34,038 nt of DNA from Octopus bimaculoides (taxonomy: Eukaryota): positions 43,300,416-43,334,453 of the forward strand of contig NC_068990.1 in the NCBI RefSeq assembly GCF_001194135.2. Direction: 5' to 3'. A model generated the notes under the pieces. The model worked only from the letters and a program-made list of their open reading frames with translations. It had not been told where the DNA came from and searched no databases. Shown here piece after piece: positions 20,445 to 30,930 of this stretch. The first letter of the stretch is position 1. The number at the start of each line of letters is the position of its first letter. A program made the translations under genes and the position numbers.

Positions 20445-23050
20445 CTGCTTCAAATCGTGAGTGAAAATAAATCTGACCCATGAACTCAAGACCCAGAGCG
20501 AAAAACTTCAGTTTCAGAAGAAAAAATTAGAAAGAGCTAGTGTAAACTACAAGTTTGCTACCATTCCACTAACTACATAGAAGAGGATGAAAGGAAACAA
20601 TATCATAAAAGAAAGATCCCCTTCCCAAGATTTGAAATCCTTCTGATCAATGATCTGGTATGAAATGAAAGATTTTAATCAGAATGCAATGTAACCAGCC
20701 ATAGTAAAGCAAGAATATTGTATCAAGATCATCAGAAAAACTCATATGATTGCTGCTGTAACTTTCACCAAAGAAATAGAATAGCTGTACAATGTGAAGG
20801 CATCAAGAAAGAACTTCTATTTTGGCCACTGGTGCTAAGTGATGACTTTTTATACACACACATCAAAGAACTATGGAAGGCCGGATTAACATACCAAATT
20901 GGCTTGTTGTAACATGAAGAAATCTTGTAACCAAGAATGAAATCAATGCCTCAGCAGAGAACTACAGGCCCAAAGTCTGCCTTCATATTATGTATAAACT
21001 GCACACAAGCTGTCTGAACCAATTCTTCTATGACTATAATGAGTTCAATAATGTAGTCACTGATGCGCAAGCAGGTCATATGAAAAAAGTGTGAAGATGC
21101 ACTGAACAGCTTTTACTAAATACAGTTGTACCGTTCAGAGTGAGAAAACATCAAAGAAACTAGTGATAGTATGGCTTGATTACAGACAGTCTATTGATTT
21201 CATTCTCCACTCACAGCCACTGAAGTTACAATAGTTAGCAAAATGACATGCTACCTTAGTTGCTGCCACTGAGAGGTCCACAAAGATGTGATCTACAACC
21301 ATCAGACTTGCAAATGGAAGTGAAATTATTATCTCCCCTGTTATAAATATTTCAAAGGGAGTATTCCAAAGTGACAAAATGTTCATGCTTCCGTTTATTT
21401 TGGCCTTAAAACCATACGTATCTGATTTTGTACTGGGTCTGCAACAACAAGAGACTAATGTTAACCCATAATTTCTTGGACACTCTGTACACAAAATGCT
21501 TACAATGCTGAGAAACAGCTGAAATTTAGTTATATTTTCTGCTGATATAAGAATGGAATTTGGTCAAATGAAAGGTTCATATTAACAATTGAATGTGAGA
21601 AAACTATACCCCAAACCTAAAACCTCCACATCAATGACCTCTCTATCACCTTTGTTCCACCACAGAATAAATACGTAGGTATGAATGAGGCCCAATGTTC
21701 AAATGGTGCTTTTTACATGCTACTGGCATGGGTGCCATGACTACAATTTCACTTGGCTTGACAGGTCTTCTCAAGCACATTATATCACCCAAAGTTTGAA
21801 GGGTGCTTTTTATGTGCCAGTTATGTAACATTGGCAAAGATCTTGGTCAGTTATCATTGCCTCCATAAAGCCCAACATTCACCACCTTGTCCTATGTCTT
21901 CATGGGTCTACCTCTTCCACAGGTTCCCTCCACTGTTAAAGTGTGGCACTTCTTCACACAGCTGTCCTCATGCAAGCAACCTTTCAGATATTAGACAGCT
22001 CTGCAGAAGAAATCTGCTCAAACTTCTTATTGGAAAAGAAAAGAAGGAGAAAGAGGCTTCAGGTTAGTGCAAATAGTCTTTAGTGTATCATTCTGAGAAT
22101 GGCCACTAAACAATGGCAGCAAAAACAAATACATGAACAAGCACTCAAGAACAAAGTGAATAACACCTAACAGGTTGACAATGAACTCAAAAAGCATTCA
22201 CTTTTTGATGACCTCCCAGGTGAATTCCAAAGTGCAGGACTAGCCTACCTCAGCAAAGATTTGGAAAAAAGTGATGCATGGGTATGTTTCTCATAAACTT
22301 GCAGAGGATGATAATATTAACATGAAGTGTAGCCTTTATTGGACTTGTGACAATTAATTACATCATATCTTCAAGGTTATGTATTTACAATCCAAGAATA
22401 GGGGATTGTTATGAAATATCTAATGAACAAATGAGAAGATGAAGCCATTAAAATCCCAAGATGCAACAGTAAATGCTGATTATACTGTTCTTCTCTGGAT
22501 GATATAACACATATAATCAGCAGCTGTCCAAAATTGCCATCAAGATATTATCCCCCTTTAAGACATGATGTTCTTGCTAAAATAATATACAATGCCATAA
22601 GAAAACACTGCCTTGGGATAAATATAAACAAACCCTGTTATTGAAGGAATTCGGAAATATCAAGACAAGAAATATAAGTGGAAGATTCCCATCAAAACTT
22701 GTACCAAGTGCAAATGCAGCCAGCCTGAAATAATCACTTGGAACAGAAAAGAAACATTATGTGTGGTGAAAGAGGTTAGCAACTCTGAAGATATGAATAT
22801 ATCTTTCAAAATCGGTGAGAAGGAGATTGTTTATTGACAAATGATTCAAAACTGGCAGCTCCATTATCCAAATTACAAATTCACATTTATTCCAATAATT
22901 ATCGATACATTTGGTTATGTTAGTAAATACCCAAGTGACAATTTGGAAAAGAAAGCATTTTCGAGCAAAGAAAGACACCAACTAACACATGCTTTACAAA
23001 TGCAATCTGTAAATGGAACATTAAAAGGTACAAAATTTATTCAAAGTTTA
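20445..23050 (+). pseudogene. Degenerate R4/Dong-type non-LTR retrotransposon (RT, CCHC finger, RLE)
   Basis: In order: IPNWLV..ENYRP.VCL.IMYKL; QAG..KKV..CTEQLLL; VWLDY; KGVFQSD..LPFILALKP; KYVG; RKEGERG; KC*L..ITHIISSCPKL..RHD; WKIPIKT..QPEII..EVS..MNI; IPIII..GYV. Many stops. Confidence 0.9.
21695..21990 (-). mobile_element. RTE fragment nested in the R4-type LINE
   Basis: Minus-strand EDSCVKKCHTLTVEGTCGRGRPMKT plus two GCAC.TAAAAAGCACC 3'UTR units. Confidence 0.85.
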
Positions 23051-23202
23051 ACATGTAACAAAACAGAAAAGGAAACAAACATGCATCTATATATTCAGAC
23101 ATTCTCATGCACACAAAGTTACACTCATATTATCACTTACATATACATTCATACACACACATCTACATGAAGTCATAAACATACATGTTTCACATATTTA
23201 TA

Positions 23203-23294
23203 CATACTCAAGTTCACAGTGGCACACATACTCAAGTTCACAGTGGCACATACTCAAGTTCACAGTGGCACACATATTCAAGTTCACAGTGGCA
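23203..23294. repeat. 22/24-bp minisatellite CATACTCAAGTTCACAGTGGCA(CA) x4
   Basis: Units start at 23203, 23227, 23249 and 23273. Confidence 0.95.
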
Positions 23295-23387
23295 TTCACA
23301 ACCTCACTCCCATCCCACATTCACACAAACTCACCCATACACACAGCTACATATATATACATACATACATACATATANNNNNNNNNN

Positions 23388-23632
23388 TGTGGCCATGCTG
23401 GAGCACTGCCTTTAGTCAAACAAATCGACCCCAAGACCTATTCTTTGTAAGCCTAATACTTTTTCTATAGCTCTCTTTTGCCAAACTGCTAAGTTACAGT
23501 GATGTGAATACACCCACATCGGTTGTCAAGTGATGGTGGGGGGACAAAGACAGACACATACATACATACATACATATATATATAAATATATATACGATGG
23601 GCTTCTTTCAGTTTCTGTCTACCAAATCCACT
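23388..23632 (-). mobile_element. SINE-A (tail, microsatellite, partial core)
   Basis: Reverse complement of 30150-30394. Confidence 0.88.
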
Positions 23633-23747
23633 CTCCCACTCTTCTTTTGCACTCTTATGAACTCCCTGTTCACTCACTCTGTTCAATCCTCTATCTTGAG
23701 GGTATGCCCTGGTACATCCTCATCCTCAACACCATCTTCTCTCTCTA

Positions 23748-23843
<96 letters not shown>

Positions 23844-23994
23844 CTCTGACTGAGGTAGTCATGTATCTCCTGTACAGCAAGAACACTTGTATCTGTTTCT
23901 TTCTCATAATGAAATCTCTCACTACATAGCACAAAGTCAACTCTATCAATACTACACTCTCTCTCATCTGAGGGATTGTTGTCTTGTAAGTTTC

Positions 23995-24193
23995 TTAGTG
24001 ACCTCACCAGTGCTGGTGCCACATAAAAAGCACCCTGTTCACTCTGTAATGTGGTTGGCATTAGGAAGTGTATCCAGCTGTAGAAACTATACCAAAACAG
24101 ACTGCAGAGCTTGGTGCAGTCCTCTGGCTCACTAGCTCTGGTCAAACCATCCAACCCATACCAGCATGAAAAAGGACATTAAATGATGATGAT
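23995..24193 (+). mobile_element. RTE LINE 3'UTR fragment with (GAT)n tail
   Basis: Matches 8970-9164. Confidence 0.85.
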
Positions 24194-24199
24194 GAAATA

Positions 24200-24268
24200 T
24201 AGGCAGGTGTTTGCATTATGTTTACATAGAAATTCACATTATGTAAACATAATGCAAACTACTGCCTA
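24200..24268. repeat. 69-bp foldback with 28-bp arms (inner 19 bp perfect), 13-nt loop, TA at both ends
   Basis: TAGGCAGGTGTTTGCATTATGTTTACAT-AGAAATTCACATT-ATGTAAACATAATGCAAACTACTGCCTA. Confidence 0.9.
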
Positions 24269-24293
24269 AATTCGCCCTTCCTAAAAACTCCAA

Positions 24294-24788
24294 ATCTTTC
24301 TGATTTGGCGGGCGCCACTTTTTATTTATGCTTTATTTGGTGTGTTTTCTACCGAAACACTTTAAAACTTCATATACTTGTATATTTTGTCTTATAGAAC
24401 AGAGAAACTCTAAAACCCGAACTGTAACCCTAAAACCCTAAAGCTAAAACCAGTACAAACGCATGAACGATGTCATAAATAACAGTACCACCGATAGTTG
24501 TTGTTGACAAACAACGGCACTAATTTTATTCAAGGGAAAAATCCCATTACACCGCTAGAACGTGTTGTTTATATTTCACAGCAGTAATTGTTTTCACCTC
24601 AATAGACGTCAGTGATTGGTTGAAATTACCAAAATATGACAATTTTAACATGAAATAACTTTAAAACGATAAAATTTTCTCAATAACACTAAGAGTAAAA
24701 GATGTTTTATATGACACATTCTACCAATGTCCTAAGTTTGAAAGTGTTTCGTTAAGAAAGCAAGTGGTGCCCACCAAATCAGAAAGAT
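24294..24788. mobile_element. 495-bp MITE with 27-bp TIRs and candidate CCAA target-site duplication
   Basis: ATCTTTCTGATTTGGCGGGCGCCACTT versus the reverse complement of AAGTGGTGCCCACCAAATCAGAAAGAT (two CpG-type mismatches). CCAA at 24290-24293 and 24789-24792. Confidence 0.85.
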
Positions 24789-25039
24789 CCAAAACTCCTC
24801 CCAAGAACAACTATACTCACCTATCCACCATTAGACGAAGTAACATGGACCCTGGATTACATCATGGGAAGTTTGTAGCTTATTTCCCTTTCCTGTACCT
24901 AATTCATTTTAATAAGTTATACTTCTCTCACAGCCTCATGTTTGTTCCTATTCTTTTTCTGCCCATTTCAATAATGACAAATATACTGTTTATTATATGT
25001 TAACTGTTTTTTATATGTATTAGCCCTCCTAACCACTTA

Positions 25040-25173
25040 GACCCTCTGAAGAAGCCTAGAGGTACACTCATCATCCAAACTTTATCTGCCCATCCCTACA
25101 GAACACTGAAGAGATGGAGATGGCATGGAGGATCTCATTGCCTCTTAGCAAAAACGGCCGTAAGGAACTGGTC
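25040..25173 (+). ncRNA. Type I hammerhead-ribozyme-like motif (Penelope-type), probably inactivated
   Basis: Stem I GACCCT / AGG..GTC; CTGAAGA at 25046-25052; stem II GCCTAGAGG / CCTCTTAGC (7/9 pairs); AAAAA in place of GAAA; palindromic stem III ACGGCCGT followed by A. Confidence 0.55.
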
Positions 25174-25254
25174 CTTTGCTCTTTTCTGTAATATTAACAC
25201 ATGTATGTGTAACACATAGTTACTACATGTGTATGTTTTCTTCTAATACTTTCT

Positions 25255-25475
25255 AATGCTTTGGAATAAATAGACACACTGGAATTGTCTACCAGATGAT
25301 TGATGTATACCGTTTTGTATCCTCTCCATTTTCTTATTTGCTGTATAAATTAAGGGCAAACCACTTTTTACCCCAGCCCGTATATGACACTCAATTGCGA
25401 GATTGCCACACAATAACCAGCATTTGGGTATGAATAATTGGTTACACTACCAGCAGTATATTGGATAGGTACTAT
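25255..25475 (-). repeat. Unclassified dispersed repeat, copy 1
   Basis: Its reverse complement shares TATCCARTATACTRCTGG, CCAATTATT, GGGTAAAA(A)GTGG and AGAAAATGGAG in the same order as 30931-31125. Confidence 0.6.
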
Positions 25476-25506
25476 CCCTTAGTTGGTTGGTTTCCCAACC
25501 TGTAAC

Positions 25507-25514
25507 TCACACAG

Positions 25515-25551
<37 letters not shown>

Positions 25552-25675
25552 CAGAGAGAGACAGAGAGAGACAGAGACAGAGAGAGAGAGAGACAGAGAG
25601 AGAGAGAGACAGAGAGAGAGAGAGACAGAGAGAGAGAGAGACAGAGAGAGAGAGAGACAGAGAGAGAGAGAGAGC
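25507..25675. repeat. (TA)n-(AG/AGAC)n microsatellite
   Basis: Direct reading. Confidence 0.95.
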
Positions 25676-25904
25676 TTGTTTAGACTTCATTGGACTACGG
25701 TATATTTTATTTCATCCTAGCTTTATCAGAGACTGTATAAAGCCAAGATGAACTGAACTGTATATAGAGTCAGATGAAGGCTAAGTAGGTTGAGACTTTG
25801 AAGTTACTGTCAAGAATAATAAATATGTAATCTATAAAAAGTACTGAGTTATCCTTCAGCTTAAAACAAACGTTTTTATATATATATATTCGTATAAATA
25901 TACA

Positions 25905-26228
25905 TGTATGGCACTCCATTGGTTATGACGAAGAGGGCTCCATCTGAGCTGATGAACAGAACAGCCTGTTCATGAAGTCAATCTTCAAGTGGTTAAGCAC
26001 TTCAGGCATGCATGCCCTTAACATAATTCTCAAGGAGATTCAGCATGATACAGAATGTGACAAGGCTGGCCTTTTAAAATACTGGAATGACTCATTTTTG
26101 TCAGCTTAGTGGACTGGACCAATATGAAATGAAGTGTCTTGCTCAAGGATACGATGCACTACTGGGAATCGAACTCATGGCCTTACACTCATAAGCTGAA
26201 TACCCCTAACCACTAAGCCATGTGCCTT

Positions 26229-26230
<2 letters not shown>
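25905..26230 (-). mobile_element. tRNA-derived SINE-E, full length
   Basis: Minus-strand TGAAGGCACATGGCTTAGTGGTTAG, B-box GAGTTCGATTCC, core TCCTTGAGCAAGACACTT. Confidence 0.85.
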
Positions 26231-26305
<75 letters not shown>

Positions 26306-26375
26306 ACAGGCACCAACGTATGCACATTTTGAAAGGCATTGTCATGAATATATTAACAAACACTTACACAATAAT

Positions 26376-26712
26376 GAAGGTGCATGGCTCAGTAGTTAGA
26401 GCATCAGGCTCACAATTATGAGGTAGTGAGTTCGGTTCCTAGACCGGGCTGTGTGTTGGGTTCTTGAGCAAAACACTTTATTTCATGTTGCTCCAGCTCA
26501 CTCGGCTGTAGAAATGAGTTGCAACGTCACAGGTGCCAAAGTGCATCATCCCATGCCTTTCCTTTGGATAATATCAGTGGCTTGGAGAAGGGAAGCTGGT
26601 ATGCATGGGCGACTGCTGGTCTTCCATAGACAACCTTGCCCAGACTTGTGCTTTGGAAGGGAACTTTCTAGGTTCAATCCCATGATCATTCATGACCAAA
26701 GGACATCTTAAT
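26376..26712 (+). mobile_element. tRNA-derived SINE-F, full length
   Basis: TGAAGGTGCATGGCTCAGTAGTTAG, B-box GAGTTCGGTTCC, core TTCTTGAGCAAAACACTT; 3' module differs from SINE-E. Confidence 0.85.
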
Positions 26713-27139
26713 CCTTTTTTACATACACAAAGCTACCCTCACACAGTCACACTAATGCCTTCCTCTGCACAGCTACATATATAGACATAAATGTATATAC
26801 ATCTTAACACAGACAGATATATATATCTTCACACCTGGACAGCTGCATATAACACAGTCATATAAATATACAATCGCACTTACAATGCCACACACACATT
26901 CGCATACATGAACATACACACAGATATCTTCACAGTTACAGGTGTACCATCACACACATAAACACACACATACACACAGATGTACAACTGCATACATAAA
27001 CAGACACATACTACAGATTACTAAACACATTGTCACACACACATACACACACACAGACACATACACATTTCATTTGCAGTTCAGGTTACAGTGTTTCCTT
27101 TCTTGTCTGTCATCCACCTCACCTTCACTGCTGCCTCCA

Positions 27140-28200
27140 TTTACACCATCACTACTATCGCCATCACAACCACCACCACCACCACCACTACCATCATTAC
27201 CACCAATTTCACCACCACCACTACCATCATTACCACCAATTTCACCACCACCACTACCACTACCACACCACCACCACCACAACTACCACCGCTACCTCCA
27301 CCACCACTGTCACAACAACCACCACTAACTACCATCACCANNNNNNNNNNNNNNNNNNNNNNNNNNNNNNNNNNNNNNNNNNNNNNNNNNNNNNNNNNCC
27401 ACCACCACACCACCACCACCACAACTACCACCGCTACCTCCACCACCACCGTCACAACAACCACCACTACTACCATCACCACTACCACCACCAACACCAC
27501 CCCTACCACCACACCACCTCCACTACCACCTTTGCTATCACTATTGATGAAGTTTGATGAGGTATTTGAAGAATCAGTTACTGGGGGTAATATGGCTAAC
27601 AGCCAAGGTAGATGGATTGGTGAAAATTTAAGGTTAAGGAACATAAGAGGACAAGACATAATTATCCATTTAGTAATCCCCAACCCCGAACCATCTACCC
27701 AACCCACAAAAAAAAAAATAGGGACCAGGTTTATAACTGACACATTTTACACCCAACTTTTCACTGACTTTCTTACCAACCACTAACCCCCTATTTCTCT
27801 AGGGAAACAAGCTAACAAGGGGCTTCAAATATATAGTAATGGTAGCAGTAATTGTAATGTATGTAAATGGAAAACGCTACCACCACCACTACCACCAACA
27901 CCACTACCACTACCAACACCACCACCATCAACCACCAACACCACCATGACTTCCACAACCACCACAATTACCAAAGCCCGGCACCTTCCCCAACATCAGC
28001 CACCACCACCATTGTCAATAACACCACCACAACCACCACCACCATCATCTACCACCACTACAACCACCACAACCACTACCGTCACAACCACCACCATTAT
28101 CAACACTACCCCCATCACCCACCACCACCACCATCAACCACTAATACCCCCATCAATACTACCATTACCACCACTGTCACCACCACCCACCACATGGTAT
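27140..28200. repeat. (CAC/ACC/ACT)n trinucleotide tracts with a unique spacer at ~27535-27885
   Basis: Direct reading. Confidence 0.9.
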
Positions 28201-28464
28201 CCCAGTTACAATTATCAGTTTAAACACACAAGTGTTTAGAAATTAAATAACCCAGTGATGCTATCTGCATGAAAGGGGGAAAAAAGCAAGAGTTAAGTTA
28301 GTGTTAATATATTTAATGTAGACAGTTTGAAAAAAGAAAAACACTAACTAGAAATAAAATATGCAGTGAAGAAGTAATAACATTACTCATTGACTAATAT
28401 TATTTCCGTGACGTGCTTTTGAATAATTTAATTTCTAAACAATTCTATTTTCCTATGCCTACAG

Positions 28465-28514
28465 ATTTGTAATCAGAGATATATTATCTAGTGGATGCAT
28501 TCATCACTAGTTTG
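28465..28514 (+). other. Candidate 50-nt exon (no open frame throughout)
   Basis: Acceptor TTTTCCTATGCCTACAG and donor TTG|GTAAGT; all three frames contain a stop. Confidence 0.25.
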
Positions 28515-29039
28515 GTAAGTATGGTGATAATGGTGCTTAACTAATGAAGTTAGAATAAGGCCAAAACATGTCTGGAGTTAATTGTTCTTTCTGGTACTTG
28601 ATTACTTGGTTGAACATTACCATGTGGTTCTGCAGAGTCCACTCTGTTGTAAGCATTCAGACTAAGTCTCCTGGCCTGAATGTAATCCAATATCTTAATG
28701 TACTATTGTCTACTACAGCAGTCTATGAGTCATGGGTTCTTCCTCATAAAAGTCTGGCAGGCATTTTTAATGGTATTCACATACTGATATATTTATATAT
28801 ATATATATCAGGATGTGAAGATCCTATGACTTGTTAATGATTTAATCAGAGTGGGTGAAGAACCTCACAAAATTTTTTTATTTGCTTAGTAAGAAGGGGA
28901 GTGTGTCATTAGTGACTAGTTTAGGCTACCTGTTGTCATGCATAGTCCTGGTACACTTCCCTTGGTTTTACTTCAGGAACTTCACCATGGCAGTTAGGGT
29001 AATAGTACTAATTGATAGTAGGAGATGGATTTCCTATTA

Positions 29040-29114
<75 letters not shown>

Positions 29115-29152
29115 ATGATGACATGTATATATTCATTTATTTATTTATTCAT

Positions 29153-29495
29153 TTACTTGTTTCAGTCATTTGCGTGTGGCCATGATGGAGCACACCCTTT
29201 AGTCAAACAAATTGACCCAAGGACTTATTCTCTGTGAGTCTAGTACTTATTCTACCAGTCTCATTGCCAAATCGCTAAGTTACAGGGACATAAACACATC
29301 AACAATGGTTGTCAAGTGATAGCGTGGGGATAAGCACGGACACACACACAAATATATATATATATACATATATACATACATACATAATATCTAAGCAAGG
29401 GTACACGCAAAGACATAAACACATGCATGTATACATACATACATACATACATAATACATACACACATATATGGAAGGATGGATGGATTGATAGAA

Positions 29496-29539
<44 letters not shown>

Positions 29540-29635
29540 GTATGTATATGTATGTTTATGCACATGCATATGACAGGCTTCTTTCACTTTCCACCAACCA
29601 AATCTGCTCACAATACTTTGGTAGGCTTGGGGCAA
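29153..29635 (-). mobile_element. SINE-A lacking its head, with expanded internal microsatellite
   Basis: Tail 29153-29340 and core 29572-29635 match 30135-30394 in reverse. Confidence 0.8.
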
Positions 29636-29689
29636 TAATCCTTTCTACTATAGGCACAAGGCCAGTGTTTTCTTTGGCATGGTTTCTAT

Positions 29690-29770
29690 GGCTGGATGCC
29701 CTTCTTAACTCCAACCACTTTACATTTATAGTGTGCACTGGGTATTTTTCTTGTGCTATCAGCACTGATA
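29690..29770 (-). mobile_element. RTE-like 3'UTR fragment
   Basis: GGCTGGATGCCCTTCTTAACTCCAACCACT...GGGTATTTTTC. Confidence 0.6.
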
Positions 29771-30032
29771 AGGTCACCCTGTAGCTTGAAAGCCTACAAA
29801 ACCTGGGGTGAGGGGATTTATACAAGCAGATGGGGGTTAAGGTATGAGAGAAAGGAGAGAAGGAGATGAAACATAACAGGTTCTTGTTGTAGGGGAAGCT
29901 ACTTGGCTACTCACATTTAAAAGAGAGAAAAAAGTAAATCAGTAATAGCCACAAAGAAATAAAGAGTGGTGATGCAGTGTCCAAGAAGCAAATACATAAA
30001 TAAATAATAATAATAATATGTATATATTATTA

Positions 30033-30394
30033 GGTGTAGGAGTGGCTATGTGGTAAGTAGCTTGCTTACCAACCACATGGTTCCGGGTTCAGTCCCACTG
30101 TGTGGCATCTTGGGCAAGTGTCTTCTACTATAGCCTCGGACCGACCAAAGCCTTGTGAGTGGATTTGGTAGACGGAAACTGAAAGAAGCCCATCGTATAT
30201 ATGTATGTGTGTGGTGTGTGTGTGTGTGTCTGTGTTTATCCCCCAACATCGCTTGACAACCGATGCTGGTGTGTTTACGTCCCCATAAATTAGCGGTTCA
30301 GCAAAAAAGACCAATAGAATAAGTACTAGGCTTACAAAGAATAAGTCCTGGGGTCGATTTGCTCGACTAAAGGCGGTGCTCCAGCATGGCCACA
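30033..30394 (+). mobile_element. SINE-A reference copy (youngest-looking, CpG retained)
   Basis: A-box TGGCTATGTGGT, B-box GGTTCAGTCCC, core, internal (TG)n, tail ending GTGCTCCAGCATGGCCACA at the gap. Confidence 0.92.
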
Positions 30395-30930
30395 NNNNNN
30401 NNNNNNNNNNNNNNNNNNNNNNNNNNNNNNNNNNNNNNNNNNNNNNNNNNNNNNNNNNNNNNNNNNNNNNNNNNNNNNNNNNNNNNNNNNNNNNNNNNNN
30501 NNNNNNNNNNNNNNNNNNNNNNNNNNNNNNNNNNNNNNNNNNNNNNNNNNNNNNNNNNNNNNNNNNNNNNNNNNNNNNNNNNNNNNNNNNNNNNNNNNNN
30601 NNNNNNNNNNNNNNNNNNNNNNNNNNNNNNNNNNNNNNNNNNNNNNNNNNNNNNNNNNNNNNNNNNNNNNNNNNNNNNNNNNNNNNNNNNNNNNNNNNNN
30701 NNNNNNNNNNNNNNNNNNNNNNNNNNNNNNNNNNNNNNNNNNNNNNNNNNNNNNNNNNNNNNNNNNNNNNNNNNNNNNNNNNNNNNNNNNNNNNNNNNNN
30801 NNNNNNNNNNNNNNNNNNNNNNNNNNNNNNNNNNNNNNNNNNNNNNNNNNNNNNNNNNNNNNNNNNNNNNNNNNNNNNNNNNNNNNNNNNNNNNNNNNNN
30901 NNNNNNNNNNNNNNNNNNNNNNNNNNNNNN

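Noticed and set aside
15976-23294. CRISPR-like reading of the 15-bp and 22/24-bp repeats
   Set aside because: No unique spacers, eukaryotic context, no cas genes.
24425-24452. Interstitial telomere
   Set aside because: Only two imperfect AACCCTA units, and they are internal to the MITE.
25948-25975. CTGATGA followed by the ATGAACAG/CTGTTCAT hairpin as a hammerhead
   Set aside because: It lies inside SINE-E and there is no GAAA or stem III at the required position.
27269-27480. Near-duplicate CAC-rich block across the 58-N gap
   Set aside because: Low-complexity and gap-adjacent; cannot be separated from an assembly artefact.
27535-27786. Non-repetitive tail of the 231-aa ORF (MKFDEVFEESVTGG...)
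   Set aside because: No recognisable domain or splice sites; length is compatible with chance.
30033-30110. tRNA genes at SINE heads
   Set aside because: A/B boxes are present but there is no cloverleaf or acceptor stem, and they continue into SINE cores.
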